63,856 nucleotides of DNA, filler included, from Thelocarpon superellum (GCA_026025795.1; 2 parts of 2 records of this genome joined end to end with filler, not necessarily neighbours in it); one strand, 5' to 3'. Shown: positions 36,805 through 49,940, counted from the whole stretch's first letter. Numbers and translations are program-made. Notes: generated by a model not told the origin, from the sequence alone.

Positions 36805-38595
36805 GATGGGCGGGGATAACGTCGTCTTCGGCCTGTGGGCTGGGATGGAAAAGCTGTCAGCACAGGTTCCACTCTCCCAATTTTGACTCGATGTCCAGGC
36901 AGGCGGGCAAGTTCAGGTAACCAGATTTCCGCATCGGTAGCAAGTACCGTACGTGTTCAGTAGTCTAACATCTATTTGAATTGGAAATGTCATCATGATA
37001 CAGCATGATCTGGAAATTAGAGACAGTAGAAAAGGATCCACCCACCGTGGCCCTAGCGGACGGCAGCGGCCAACTCGGGCTCAACGCCAAAGGACGATTG
37101 GTGACGGACGGTGATGTGAGAGGGACTTCGATCAGTGGTGATGGACGAGGGGCTGGATGGCGTGACGAGAGCGATGATGGACGGGCATTATGGGCGGATG
37201 GAACGCAGACTGCAGACCTCAACCGTGTCTGAAGTGGACCCGCGTCGAAGTCGAGCCCGTGTCGCGAGACGATAGGTGATTCCGAGCGCGGACGCCATAG
37301 ATATCCATGGTATCGTGCGAGTTTCCGCGCCCTCCCCCACTACGCCGGACTACTGCAATCGAACTAGTCCGAAGCTTTCGCCGTTGCGATATTGCACGAG
37401 CCCGCTTCACGCCGGATAGGAAACGGTAGAAGGCCTGAACGAAACAGGCTAAGAATGCTAAGATTGAGGGTTATGCTCGCGTCGTGTGGCGGCCTTTGTC
37501 GCTGCAAGATCTGCCGGGACGCGTTGGTGAGCCTTCGCCCACCAGCAGGGGCCCGGCATGCGAGGCAAGCATTGCCGGCTGATGCGGCTCGGAAGAGACC
37601 AGACACAAAAATGACGGATCGCTTGTTCGTGTTCCGCCAACTTGCACAACGCTGTCTGTGGGTGACGAGAGACGACCTTCAGGCCCGACGCATGCCATTC
37701 ACCATGGCCAAGAGAGACATGGCGCGGGTTCGGGTGAGGTCCAGCCCGGGCCTGAACTCCAGTCTGAGGGTACTGGATCCAGGACCGCGAGCTGCGCGAT
37801 CGATATTTCATGGACACGGGAAAGTCGATGAGGGGATAAGTGCAGTGAAGGGCAAGGTCACAATTGTTGTGGTAGTTGCCAAATCATTTCTCTTTCCACG
37901 TACGATGAGGTTTTAGGACCTGGCAACGTCCCAATCAAGACTTTGGTTTCGTGATTCTCAGTGGTAAAGTCCATCTCATCCGGATCTGGCAGGGTTAATC
38001 TCCATCCCATCCAATGTCTGAGTGAATGTCCATCCTTCTTCCTCCTCTGACAGCAACTTTCCCGGCTGTCGTCTCCACCTGATACACGTGCACCGTGATG
38101 CAAGCTGCCGCCCACAATCAAAGTACCAGGCATGGATCCTCTTCTCCCCTCTCGATCAGTTGATGTTTGCTTTCTTCTGTGGGCCAGAGGGGTGACTAGG
38201 CCAGCTGTCTCGTTCACATTCCATGCGGACAGCTGACAGTCCTGACTCTAAAGCCGTTCTGCCAGCGACGGACGCCCGCCGTGTGGAACATAAGTAGGAA
38301 GTGAATCGCCCGGTTCTTCCACCGCTTCCATCACACCACAACGCGGACTACGACTTTCTCTCGATTCATGCCCACTGTGTGAAGACACCGGGAGTGTACT
38401 CTCAGAGACATGAAAATGACTCCCGATTGTCTACCGCCGCCTCTGCCCATCATCATCGAGGATGATGATCCACCGCCGGCAGACAGAGAGCGTGAGCAAG
38501 AGCGGACTGGTCAGTGCATCTACCTCGCATCGGTGCAGACCTGCAGCGGACACTGACGAGATCAACTTGCAGAGCGAGTCCCCCGCACGCTTTCA

Positions 38596-41174
38596 ATGAG
38601 CCCATCGCCGCTTGACACCACGCCAACGCCCCCCCAACATGTCGATCGGTCGCAATCGACTGCCACTGCGAGAAATCAAGCCTTCGCTGCGACCGACCTC
38701 GCGCGGTCGAACTGGCGTTTTCCAAACCCTACCATGCCAGCACAAGACTCGATCGACACGCCGTCCGACAATGACCGAACACTCGATGGATTCTTGCCCG
38801 CGGACTACATGTCGGAAGATGAGCTCCTCCGCGCCATGGCCGCACCAGACGGGGAGGATCTGGAGGGAGTTCTCTCAACGAAACGGAAGTCGACTGTCCT
38901 ATCAAAACGGAATGCACCTCTGCCTCCCTACCGTACCGTCTTGGCCTCCTACAAGTGTCACGTGGGATTGCTCCGACCGAAGAAATCTGTCGGCCTCGTC
39001 GACGGCGATTTCCTTCGGATCACCCGTCTGTCTCAGAACCATCTGACCGGCGCCGTCGCCTTGCATGGCTGGAGACTGAGGCGTACCAAGGAGCTCAACG
39101 GTCTCCTCGAGAAGAGATACAACGAGCTATGTCTCGTTCTCGAGGTCGATGCAGATGACCTTCGCGACGACTGGCAGCAAAATATCGAGGACGTCCCGCT
39201 AGATCAAGTCATCGCACTCCGACGAATCATCTTCACGAACCGACATTTTCCAGCACTCAGCTACAGAGAAACCGAGCCATTGTCGGGCAGCACTACCGGG
39301 GAAGAAATTATGAACACTTTTCCCCTGGTGTGTCGTTGGAAACTCACGACACACTTTGAGACGGCGAAGAAGCGGCTCAGCAATCATGCGTCGGAGAAGG
39401 TGCTCGAAAAACTTCGGCTGGAAGAAGCAGACCCCAACATGGGCGTCGATGAAGATGTGCTGCGTGACATTTGGCGTCGCCAGACCCTTGCGCGGCCAGT
39501 TGCAAAGGATGAGGCCACGGCCGATGGACCGCGCTCTGCGCAGAAGGGTGAAACGGGTACTGTCGACTCCCCGCCCACGACGCCTTCTCATCCCATCTCC
39601 CTTCAATCCCTCCCATCCAGTCTCAAGCAGAAAGCCTTCCGACGGCGAAGCGCAACTGCCAACTTCTCCGAGCCCATTCATGCCGCGAGGTTGAGTCCTG
39701 TGGACCTGACGCAAGATGATGATCAGGAACCGGCGAGAGGTCATGTACTGATTGACATCTCCGACGATGGCACCTCGCACACGGAAATTTCACTCCACTC
39801 CACTTTCCGTAACGGCGTCCAAACCAAGTTAGCCTTACAACGTGAGAAGCCGGCGACGCCAGAGACGCCGTCGCACATCGTGAGGGTTGAAACTCGGCTA
39901 TGTTTTGGAGAGTTGAAGCGAACGCTCGCAGCCAACACTCCAACAATCAAGAAGCCGAGGCTCTCAGCGTCTTATCTGACTCCGCCTGAGTCGGGAAGAC
40001 GTTCGACCCCCATCATTTTCGATCCGGAAAGTGACTTCCGAGCGACTTCATCCCGCAAACCGCCGGCGTCGGGTGCATCGGTGCAGATGAAGCAGTGGCT
40101 GCGTCGGCGTCCATCCTCATCATGTTCGATCAGTCGTCTTCATCCCTTTGGGGATATCGCGCCAGGCGATGCAACAGCGCATCCCTCCAAGACGAGCACG
40201 GCGCAGCGCCAACGGCCACAGTATCGGTTTGGAGACTCCTTCTGTGGCGCCGGAGGTGTCTCCCGTGGGGCAGTGATGGCCGGACTTCGATTGAAATGGG
40301 GCTTTGACATGGACGCAGCCGCCATCGCTTCATACCACTCCAACTTTGACTCGGTAGCCTACCGCGCAGAAGTGGCAGACTTTGTTAAGCTAACCCTTGA
40401 GGATAAATGGGTCGATATTCTTCATCTATCGTCTCCATGCCAAACGTTTTCACCTGCTCATACGGTCGATGGCAAGGATGACGACCACAACTCGGCAACG
40501 CTGTTCTCCATCGACTCTCTGCTCAAGTCCGCGCAACCAAGGATTGTCACGTTGGAGAACACGTCGGGCCTGCAAGAGCGACACGCTGCCTGGGCCAACT
40601 CTGTTGTGCAGCAGTTCACCATCCTGGGTTTCAGCGTTCGCTGGAAGATTCTTGACTGCTCCCACTATGGGGTGCCTCAGACCCGACGCCGACTCTTCCT
40701 CTTCGCTTCATGGTAGGAACTCCCAACGACGTTCACGTACACGGCCTGATCACTTGCAGTCCCGGCGAGAAGTTGCCATCCTTCCCGAAACCCACCCACG
40801 GCGGCGATTTTGAGAACAGTGGGGCTCCAGAACTTGCGCCGCTCGCAAGCATTCACGATGCCATTTCCAACATCCCCGTCGGATGCTCGCATCACGACGT
40901 CGAGCTGGCCACACCACGGAATTACCCGCCCTACGATGCGCGCTTCCGGCACGCTCGCTGTCTCACCACTGGAGGCGGCGGCAATTATCATCCCTCGGGC
41001 AAGCGCGACTTGACTCACCGCGAACTGGCTTGCCTTCAAACTTTCCCGCTCGAACACCGATTTGGCCGGAGCGGCGTGAAGAAGCAGATCGGCAACGCGG
41101 TGCCCCCGGTCGTGGCCAAGGCCATGCTTGAGGTCATCCGAGATGCCCTGTGGAAAGCGGATGGATTTGCGTAG
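38596..41174 (+). CDS. rid: RID/DmtA/Masc1-type C5 cytosine DNA methyltransferase, 2 exons
   Basis: Motif I FGDSFCGAGG, IV LHLSSPCQTFSPAHT, VI LENTSGL, VIII GVPQTRRRL, IX RELACLQTFP, X QIGNAVPP; RID-like N-terminal DGDFLRI...NELC block; intron about 40713-40759. Confidence 0.9.
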
Positions 41175-41577
41175 GAGGCAGTCGGCGAGGGACTCGCTGC
41201 AAATACGTGTCGACTCGGTCACACAGCTCTGTCTGATCTCAAGTGTGTGCGAGTTGCTTGCTTGTTGCCCTGCATGTCCCGTCCTTCTCAGATAGACTTT
41301 CCGAGTAAACAGCCTCTGATTCCGCTAGATCGGTCGAGATGGTCGTAGTCATGGCCTGGCTGGCGTGACCGAATCAAAGTATAGGGAGACGGCCCCCTAC
41401 GCCGTAAATCTCAGAGGGGCCCCTATGTCGTAACTCTTGGATTACTCCGCACTGGTGGATCGTGAATGATTGACGATCTCGGCAATGACCTTCAGGGAAG
41501 TACATGTCACTTCGAACTTGTTGTTACACGCTACCGATCCGTCGTGACTTGGAGCCACACCAAGCGGAGCCGGGTCA

Positions 41578-44500
41578 ATGCCAGATGATAACAGTGATAG
41601 ATTGTCCGTCAAGCTCTCGCTACCTCTTGTACGTCTTGAGTCGGTCCAGCTTCCACGCTGAGTCTTGCTGAATCGATGTAGGAATTCCAACAAGATCTCT
41701 TCCAAGAGCTTCGCGATGAGGATGAGTTGGTTATCCTCGCTCGAGGCTTGGGCCTCTTGCGGATGGTGACCAACCTACTGCACTCCTACGATGCTGCCGG
41801 GAATAACTTGATCGTGGTGGTGGGGGCCGACGAACGAGAGAACGGATGGATTGGAGAGGGTTTGCCACCTTCACAGGACGAATGAGACTGCCACCCGGAC
41901 ACTGATCCTCCGGTAGCATTGGCGGAGCAAGCCGCCATCAGCATGTCGCCCAAGGCCCGGGGACTGAGAGTCATCAATACGGATCTTGTCACTGTCGGGA
42001 CGAGGTAAGTCTCCCAAACGGGCTTCCTTGGGTCGACCCTGACATGTTGCAGGGAGGCCATGTATGCACAAGGTGGTATCTTCAGCATCACATCTAGGAT
42101 TCTCATCGTCGACCTCTTGTCGAGTGAGCGCAAGAATCTAGGGTACCTCAAGAGACGTGTACTGATGCTGGGTAGGCCTCCTTCGTGCACCGACCATCAC
42201 AGGCTTGGTTGTGCTTCACGGGGAAAGGTATGACGGCATGCGGAAAGGATGAGGAACTCTCTTGACGGTCAATAGAGCCGTAGCATCATCGACAGAGGCC
42301 TTTGTCATCCGCCGGTATCGAGAGCTCAACAAGGCTGGATTTCTCAAGGCCTTCTCGGACAACCCCGAGCCTTTGACGGCAGGCTTCGCGCCCTTGGCCG
42401 GCATGATGCAGAGCCTGTTTCTACGAAAGGTGTCCTTGTGGCCTCGGTTCCATGTCACCATTGCCAAGTCGCTGGAGGGGCGAAAGCGAGCGGAGGTGAT
42501 TGAGTTAGAGGTGCCCATGACCGAGAGCATGACACAGATCCAGAACGCCGTGCTTGAATGCGTCGAGGCCAGCATCACCGAACTCAAAAAGGCCAACTCC
42601 GGTCTCGAGATGGACGACTGGACGATAGATAGTGCGCTGTTGAAGAATTTTGACCGGATCATCCGGAGGCAGCTTGACCCCAACTGGCACCGACTGAGTT
42701 GGAAGACACGGCAGATTGTCAGTGACCTTACCGTCTTACAGAACATCCTTCGGTGTGTTTTCTCCCACGTCAGCTGGCAGCACCCATCTGACTTCTCAGG
42801 CTCTTGATCACCTCGGACGCTGTTTCGTTCAATCGGTATCTTGACACGGAATTGGCGGAATACCGGGCCTCGCCAGGCCAAAACCGGCAAAACCAATCAC
42901 CTTGGCTCTTTTTGGACGCGGCCGATACCATTTTCGATACGGCGAGGCGACGGGTCCATACGGGAACCGCCAATGGCAAGGTCTCGGCCGACCACGAAGA
43001 CGGGGTGCGTCCAGTGCTCGAGGAGCAGCCCAAATGGGCCGTCTTGGCCGAGACCTTGGAGGAGATTGAGCGGGATATCTACTACAACCCAGCGGTGCGG
43101 GGTGACTCGAACGGGACGATTTTGGTCATGTGCTCGGACCAACAGACATGCCATCAGATTCGTGAGTACCTCCAAACAATGCACGTCAGAGTCGGAGCTC
43201 CTGCTGGAGAAGGTGGGGACGACTCGAATGATGAGCCTGCGGCTTCGGCAGCCTTCATGATGAGACGAAAGCTGCGTAACTATCTCAATTGGAAACAGGG
43301 ATTTGCCAAAGTGAGCGAATCGCTATTTGCGGAGAACAAAAAGACCTTGGACAGCGTGACCACCCTCCGAGGATCGCCGAATAGCTACCGTGGCAAGGCA
43401 CCTCCGAACAAGCGACGACGTGTTCGAGGCGGCGGTGCAATCGCAAGTGGCGTGTCACGAACGACCAGCGGGGGTCTTTCACAGGCAGACGAGAAGGCGT
43501 CGCATGCTACATTGCTGGCCGAAGTACAAACCATGGATCTCGACGCTCAACACAAAAGCGAGATTGGAGCGGACCCCCTCGACGACATGGAAGACTACTT
43601 CAAGCTCTTCGACACGGCCGACTTGATCGTGGTACATCCGTACGACGGCGATATGGACGAGCATGTGCTGGAAGAAGTACGACCGGCATACGTCATCATG
43701 TACGAGCCTGATGCAGCCTTCATTAAACGATTGGAGGTATATCGCAGCTCGCACAACGACCGCAACGTGCGGGTCTATATCCTGGTGTACAGCAAATCCG
43801 TGGAAGAGCAAAGATATTTGAGCGCTATCCGGCGCGAGAAGGACGCATTCACGCGATTGATCCGTGAAAAAGCGGTGGGTAGTGTTACAAGACGGTGGGA
43901 ATCATTACTCATGCCTTCCAGAACATGACTGTCACGCACACGCTAGATGGACAAGCCGTACGAGATCCAGAAGAACAGTTCTTACGAACCGTCAACACTC
44001 GTATCGCAGGAGGAGGACGGCTGGCAGCGACGGCGCAACCTCCACGGGTAGTGTTCGACGTACGGGAGACACGCAGTCCGCTCGTTTCGATCCTCCACGG
44101 CAACAATATGATCGTCGTGCCGTGCCAACTCACCGTCGGAGACTACATTCTCACGCCCGACATCTGCGTCGAGCGGAAATCCATCAGCGATCTCATCTCA
44201 TCTTTCAAGAACGGCCGACTCTACAATCAAGTCGAGACCATGCTCCAATATTACAAGCATACCGTGCTCCTCATCGAATTCGACCAAAGCAAGAGCTTCA
44301 CATTAGAAGTAAGCCACCCTTCCCACCCCCGGCCATCTCACCACACGGCCCCCACTAATGTATCGCGGCCACCAGCCACTAGCCGACTACAGCCGGCCGG
44401 GCCCGAAGAGCGAAACGGCCAACGATGTGCAGTCGAAGCTCGTGTTGCTAACGCTGGCCTTCCCGCGTCTCAAAGTCGTCTGGTCGTCGTCGCCCTACCA

Positions 44501-44942
44501 AACGGCACTCATCTTCAGCGACTTGAAGAAATCCGCCCTTGAGCCGGACCCTATTCGCGCCGTCCAGATCGGTCTGCAGCCTGTTGCCTCTCTCGGCGAT
44601 GACGCCACTCCTGCTGGTGGCGCTGCTCCTGGAGTTGCTCATAGAATTGATGGTGGTGGTGGTGGTGGCGGTGGCGGTGACGATGATAGCGCCGGTGGAG
44701 GAGCACGTGGAGGAGGAACAGACCTCGGCCTAGCACAGCAACAGCGCACGTTCAACCCGCTGCCGCGCGACATGCTACGCTGTATTCCGGGCGTGAGCGA
44801 GAAGGTGGCAGATCGCATCGTGCTGGAGTGCGATTCGCTCTTTGATCTGGCGCAATGGGAGGAGACACGTCTTTGTCGCTTGGTGGGCAATGAGGCTGGA
44901 CGGCAGATTCATCGCTTTTTTGTGAGGAGTTTGTTCGATTGA
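41578..44942 (+). CDS. RAD1: Structure-specific repair endonuclease RAD1/XPF/Mei-9, about 8 exons
   Basis: VKLSLPL|EFQQDLFQEL, SITSRILIVDLL, KAFSDNPE, IRREKDAFTRLI, nuclease motif GDYILTPDICVERKSISDL, C-terminal HhH-like region. Confidence 0.96.
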
Positions 44943-44972
44943 GCTTTCCCTTCCTCACCTACTTTCTTTCCT

Positions 44973-44984
44973 GCTCGCTTGCTC

Positions 44985-45015
<31 letters not shown>
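44973..45015. repeat. (GCTT)n tetranucleotide microsatellite just 3' of RAD1
   Basis: Tandem GCTT/GCTC units seen directly. Confidence 0.9.
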
Positions 45016-45324
45016 CCTACGATGGGCCTGAGTGCGTGGCTGGAAATCATCATCTTTTTCTAGCCATCCTCTGCGCTCGCCTCTTTCACCCCCTTTTCTT
45101 CACGTTGTACGTGGTCATGATGTGCGGAAAAACCAACAGGACGAGGAGAATTTTCGGTTCGGATGGAGCTTGAGGACCCGTTCAAGTATGAGTGAGTCAT
45201 GTGGGAAGAAACAACGACATGAGGGAGAATACCAAAGACGGTCCAAGGGGCAGAGAGCAAGATGGGCATGTGTTGATGTGTCGATGAGTTCATGATGAAG
45301 AATGGATATGATTGGAACAAGGAT

Positions 45325-46122
45325 CTAAATTTCATCCACGTCGATTTCCTTCTCGTCGCCACTCTCATCGCGGTCTTCGTCGAACTCCACGTTGTCGTCG
45401 CCACCCTCGTGTCCGTAACTAGTCCCATTTCCTGTCAGCGTTTTGCTGTCACATCAGTGGGGGAAGCGATGGCAACGCACGTATCGGTCTCGTTAATCTT
45501 GGCACTTTCCGGCAACTCGCCGTACGCCTTGAGAGAACGAGCCTCATCGGCCGAGTACTTGAGGATGACGTCGCCCTTTTCGTCTTGGTAGTCACGCAGC
45601 GAGAGGAGGATGATGTCGCCTTGGTTGATCCACACTTTTTTCCGTAGCTTGCCGCGGATATGTGCGAGGCGGCGCTCGCCGTCGAAGCAGAGTGCTTCCA
45701 GACGTCCGTTTCCCAGCATTTTGAGCACTTGTGCGTATTCTGGAAAGTGTTTGGTCAGTACGGCGTTGGCTACGTCGCATGGAAGACAAAATCAGGAGAG
45801 CAATATCCATCACCGAGGTACTACCGTGGGGTGGGAGGGGGAAGGGAGGCGACACGTCGAAAGTGGGGCAGTAGTCGCGACGGCGCAACGCAACACGCAG
45901 AATAGAACGGCAGATCTCGAAGACCCCACCCACCCTGTCCTTCCTCCTTGAACGTCAACTCCCGCTTCTCGTTATCATTCTCGTTCTTCCCTCGTCGTCG
46001 ATTCTTGCCTCCCTGGACGCCACGTACAAGTCTTAGTCCCGATCGATTTGGACGAAGTGGGGTGGCGTGGGATGGCGGTAGGGCCACACGATTCAACGTA
46101 CCTTTCCCTTATTCTTGGGCAT
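45325..46122 (-). CDS. TIF11: Translation initiation factor eIF1A, 4 exons
   Basis: [17 protein letters not shown]...[29 protein letters not shown]...[11 protein letters not shown]; acidic tail EIDVDEI*. Confidence 0.97.
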
Positions 46123-46643
46123 GGCGGGAGTAGTAGAGTCGTTTCAGTGAAGAGCGGGACGTTCGGAAGTAAAAGACTCGATGCTCTGCCTCTTCTTTAG
46201 AGGGACGGGCGACACGTCAAGGGTGATGCCGGATGGTGGAGTCTGGGGTACGGAATCGGGGATAGCAACTCGTCGGGCCGTGGTGGGGCGAAACGACACA
46301 CTCGGGCAGAGCCACTTCGTTTGGTTCCAGAGGCGCTCCCGGCGCTGGCCGACACCCGCGATTTCGTGCACCCTACCAAAGCACCGCAGTCTGCACCACC
46401 CTGCGCCATTATTACTGTTCGTCACCTCGGGTGATCATTGGCGAGCATTGGTATAATGGGGCAGCTAGGGCGATAAGGGTTTAGGGCTGAAGAGGCCGAA
46501 GAGCTCCCTCTTCACGACCATTCAGCGTATGGCGCCGACGAACCAACACGTGTAGACACGCCGCATGAGACGACAGGACGCCTCCAACCATCCGTTCTTC
46601 TGTCTCCAACGTCGGAAAGCACCATGTGAAGCAAAACGCCCCA

Positions 46644-47375
46644 ATGAAACCACCATCATGGTCCAGCAAGCCGCTCCAACGAATCAACCTTCCTCTCGTC
46701 TCTGCTTCTTCTTCTTCTTCTTCTTCTCCTTCGTCTTCGCACACCGCCGCTCACCCTAGACCCCTCTTCCAGCTCCGCTACAGTGCAGCGCACCTTCCCC
46801 CGCTCCCGGCGCAACGGATCCTCGCCAACCCACGCCACGTTCTCTACCTCCCTACCGCGCGCCGCTTTGCCCCCGACGGCGTTGGTCCAAACAAAGCGTA
46901 CCTCCATGGTCCAAGAACACCACGCAAGACCCTCGGTTCTACCACCGCGCAGCCTACGCTCTGGTGGAACGTTTATACCCCCAACAGCGTCGCGCCGAAG
47001 AAAGTCGTGCGTGCTTGGTGCGTCAGAAGGGTTAAAGCTGCCATTCTGTACGCGCTGGCGGAGAGGGGGCTTGATGGTTTGGGGAGGAGGAGGAGGGAGG
47101 GGAGGGGGAAGGTACCTCATCAGAAGGTAGAGGGGACAGGCGTGGAGAGGAGGACATATGACTTGGTGGAGAAGGGAGACGTAGGGGGAATACAAGGGAC
47201 CGCGCAGTTCCAGAATCTGGACGGCCTCGTTACGGCGCCGTTTGAAGAGGTCAAGAGACAGGCTCGCGTCGCTGTGGATGAGCTTGTTCGTTTGGGGGAG
47301 CAGGCGCGGCAACGGCAGTCTGTCACCGCGCTGAGGCTGGCGTCGAGGGTTGGTACACGGAGGCTTGCGGCATGA
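46644..47375 (+). CDS. Basic hypothetical protein resembling bacterial RNase P protein (RnpA fold), possibly mitochondrial
   Basis: S/R/L/P-rich, acid-free N-terminus; core LWWNVY...PKKVVRAWCVRRVKAAI and C-terminal strand-helix ...GLVTAPFEEVKRQARVAVDEL. The CDS is well supported; the function is inferred. Confidence 0.6.
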   Translation: MKPPSWSSKPLQRINLPLVSASSSSSSSPSSSHTAAHPRPLFQLRYSAAHLPPLPAQRILANPRHVLYLPTARRFAPDGVGPNKAYLHGPRTPRKTLGSTTAQPTLWWNVYTPNSVAPKKVVRAWCVRRVKAAILYALAERGLDGLGRRRREGRGKVPHQKVEGTGVERRTYDLVEKGDVGGIQGTAQFQNLDGLVTAPFEEVKRQARVAVDELVRLGEQARQRQSVTALRLASRVGTRRLAA

Positions 47376-47589
47376 ATCTCGCCCTGCATGGTGGGCGTTT
47401 CACTCAATCAAGACATGTGGTATGCGAGGAGCACTATGACTACACAAATATCTTGATGGTGCTCTAGACGACTGATCCAGGTGTTGTTCAAGATGAGAAT
47501 CCGTCCATCCATCCATCTGACAAATCCCATGGGACATCCAGCAGTCGAGATGATCCTCTGCTCGAAAGCTGCGCAGGTCAGACGTCTCC

Positions 47590-48361
47590 CTACATACTCA
47601 GCGCCATGATGGAGTTGACGATGTCGTTCTCGTTCTCCTTCAGAGCCCGCACGGCCTTCTTGCGTCCGACGTTGGCTTGGGTCATGACCAACTCAATGTC
47701 CTTTTGCTCCAGGCCCGAATCGTCCACCTCCTCGCCGTCATCTTCTTCCTCGTCCTTCTTCGCGTCGCCCGTATCAACCGCCTTGCCCTTTCCATGGTCG
47801 TGAGAGTGGTCGTGTCCCGCGTGTGAATCTCCATTGTGGCCAGACTCGGCCGCGGCCAATTGTTGGGCGGCCGACGCTTGGGCTTGCGAGTTGAGATCTT
47901 CAATCTTGGCTTCGCCGAAAATGCTGTAGCAGAGCACAGTCGTGAGTATCTGTACGCATCACTGAATTCCCTCCGTTCCCACACTCACATCCACGTGTTG
48001 CTGGTCGGCGACTTGTAGACATCGGGGTTGTTGATGACGAAGAGGATCTGTCATCGCCAGGTCAGCGATCATGGTTCTTGGACGTAGCTCCGCCCGCCCT
48101 CGAGCTCACGTTCTTCGGCCGTCGCAGCGTCACGCGCGTAATGCCCGGTACATGCTTGAGGCCAAGCTTGGAGATGGCCTTTCGAGCCTTCTTCTCATTT
48201 CGAGAGTGCACCGTCACCGCCGATCCGGCGGGGATTCCGGTTTCGGCCTCGCCTCCAGTTGCCTCGACCTCCGAATCCGAGCTGTCGGACGCCTCCTCGA
48301 CCTCGGCGCCCTTCTTCACCGGCTCGTCATCCGGAAGCTCTTCGATGCGCGGATTCGACAT
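47590..48361 (-). CDS. EGD2: Nascent polypeptide-associated complex alpha subunit, 3 exons
   Basis: [48 protein letters not shown] domain [10 protein letters not shown]...[10 protein letters not shown]. Confidence 0.97.
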
Positions 48362-49049
48362 CGTGTGTTAGAGGGAGGGAGAGCGAGTGACCTAATTGCA
48401 AGAGGCCGTCACGTTAGCAGGGGCTTCTCCGAGTGGGTGCAACTGAACACAAGATCTCGATGGCTGCAGGTGCAGGACAAGATCAAGCACAAAGTTTGCA
48501 CGTCTTCGGCTCCATAAATCTGAGGTCTAGGGAGAGGGTCCACTCGCCACGAGTTCGGGAAGAGGTGTGGTCCGGAATGAGCTGTCACCTTTCGCACATT
48601 CGTGGGATAAACCACCATTCGAGGGGAGCAAGTCGCTGCTACCTCCGGTTACCGAGATGACTAAGAGTAGCAGTTCGAGGAAGGTTGATAGATGTCATGA
48701 AGATACCGGCATTCATAACCATTGCACGCCACCTACAGAAGAGTCTAATTCACGACTGGCATGCATCACCGCAGGCTGATGTAGAGCATGCGAATATCAT
48801 TGCAGATACTTTGTCAGGATACGCAGCCGCATTGGCGTGATACTTCCAACGTGGCGCAACGCTCGCGTTTTTTGCTGTCAGGTCTTGCCATAAAGAGACT
48901 CATGAAGAGGGTCATTATCAAGAAGTGGTGTGGGGGGTGAGAAACCGCAAAGTTGGACTTTGAGGGACACCGTCATTGATTCTGCTCTACGAAGTATTTG
49001 CCCAGCCATGCAACCTTCAAGGTCTCGCCCCTCCCCCTCACCTTCCCCT

Positions 49050-49678
49050 CTATTTCGCAGATGCCCGAACCTTGAAGAGGGATTTTTGGACTTCGAATCG
49101 TGACTGCAAGGACGAAGGATTAGCCATTCATTCCAATTGTAGAACCTCGCGAGACATGTCAAGACACAAGGGCTTGCCCTGCCTCGCCACCAGACGAGAC
49201 TCGGCGATCGAGCCGGAGAGTATACACACCTGCTTGCGCAACCGCATGACCTTGAATCGGTCAAAGTCCGAAAGCCCTCGTCTCCGCACCTTCTGCTCCC
49301 GCTTCTTCGCCCAAGCGCTCTGATCCCACTTCTTCTCCACGTCGGCGCTCTCCCACGCCTTCTTCACTGTACCTGTCCGGGCACCGCGCGGCAATTTCTC
49401 AATGACGATCGGGGTGAGGACAACGTTCGAGAGGGCCAAGGTGTGACGAGGGACGACAGATTCATGTTTGGAGGATGGCCCATCGACGAGGACCTGAGGG
49501 TGTCAGTACCATGGCGAAGCTCGTCGGACCGTTGTCAGATTTGTGAACATACCCGTTTATGATCGACGATCTCCACCACCACGCCGAGCTTTCCTTCATG
49601 TGGGCCGTTGGCAAAGAGGACCACTCGCCCGACTTGAACCAATCGCCATTGGGAGGCGGTAATATCGGCGTCACCCAT
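49050..49678 (-). CDS. RPL14: 60S ribosomal protein L14 (eL14), 3 coding exons plus probable 5'UTR intron (about 49691-49758)
   Basis: [70 protein letters not shown]. Confidence 0.96.
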
Positions 49679-49940
49679 CGTGACAGATATCTGAAGCACG
49701 ACCGTCAATATCCGCGGAGAGGGCCAGGCAAGGTGCAGGTCTAAAGTGCAACGCTCACCTGGAGAAGCTGCTCGTTGGGTTTTACAACGACGTCGATGCT
49801 TGGTCTCGTCCAACTGCTGTCTACTCGGACAACTCAATGAAGTTCGTCAAATAGTTGCGCTAACCGGATCAAGTTTCGTCGTGGGACTGCGATCCAGAGA
49901 GTCAGATGAGGGCTTCACAAGCGACCAGGGTCCATATCCC

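Noticed and set aside
45742..45932. Unusually long eIF1A intron with GTGATG...CTGA elements, possible intronic snoRNA
   Set aside because: No properly spaced box C or terminal stem, and I could not match the putative guide to rRNA.
49105..49229. Longer last intron of RPL14 with small hairpins, possible H/ACA RNA or autoregulatory element
   Set aside because: No convincing H-box plus two-hairpin architecture by eye; needs folding and covariance analysis.
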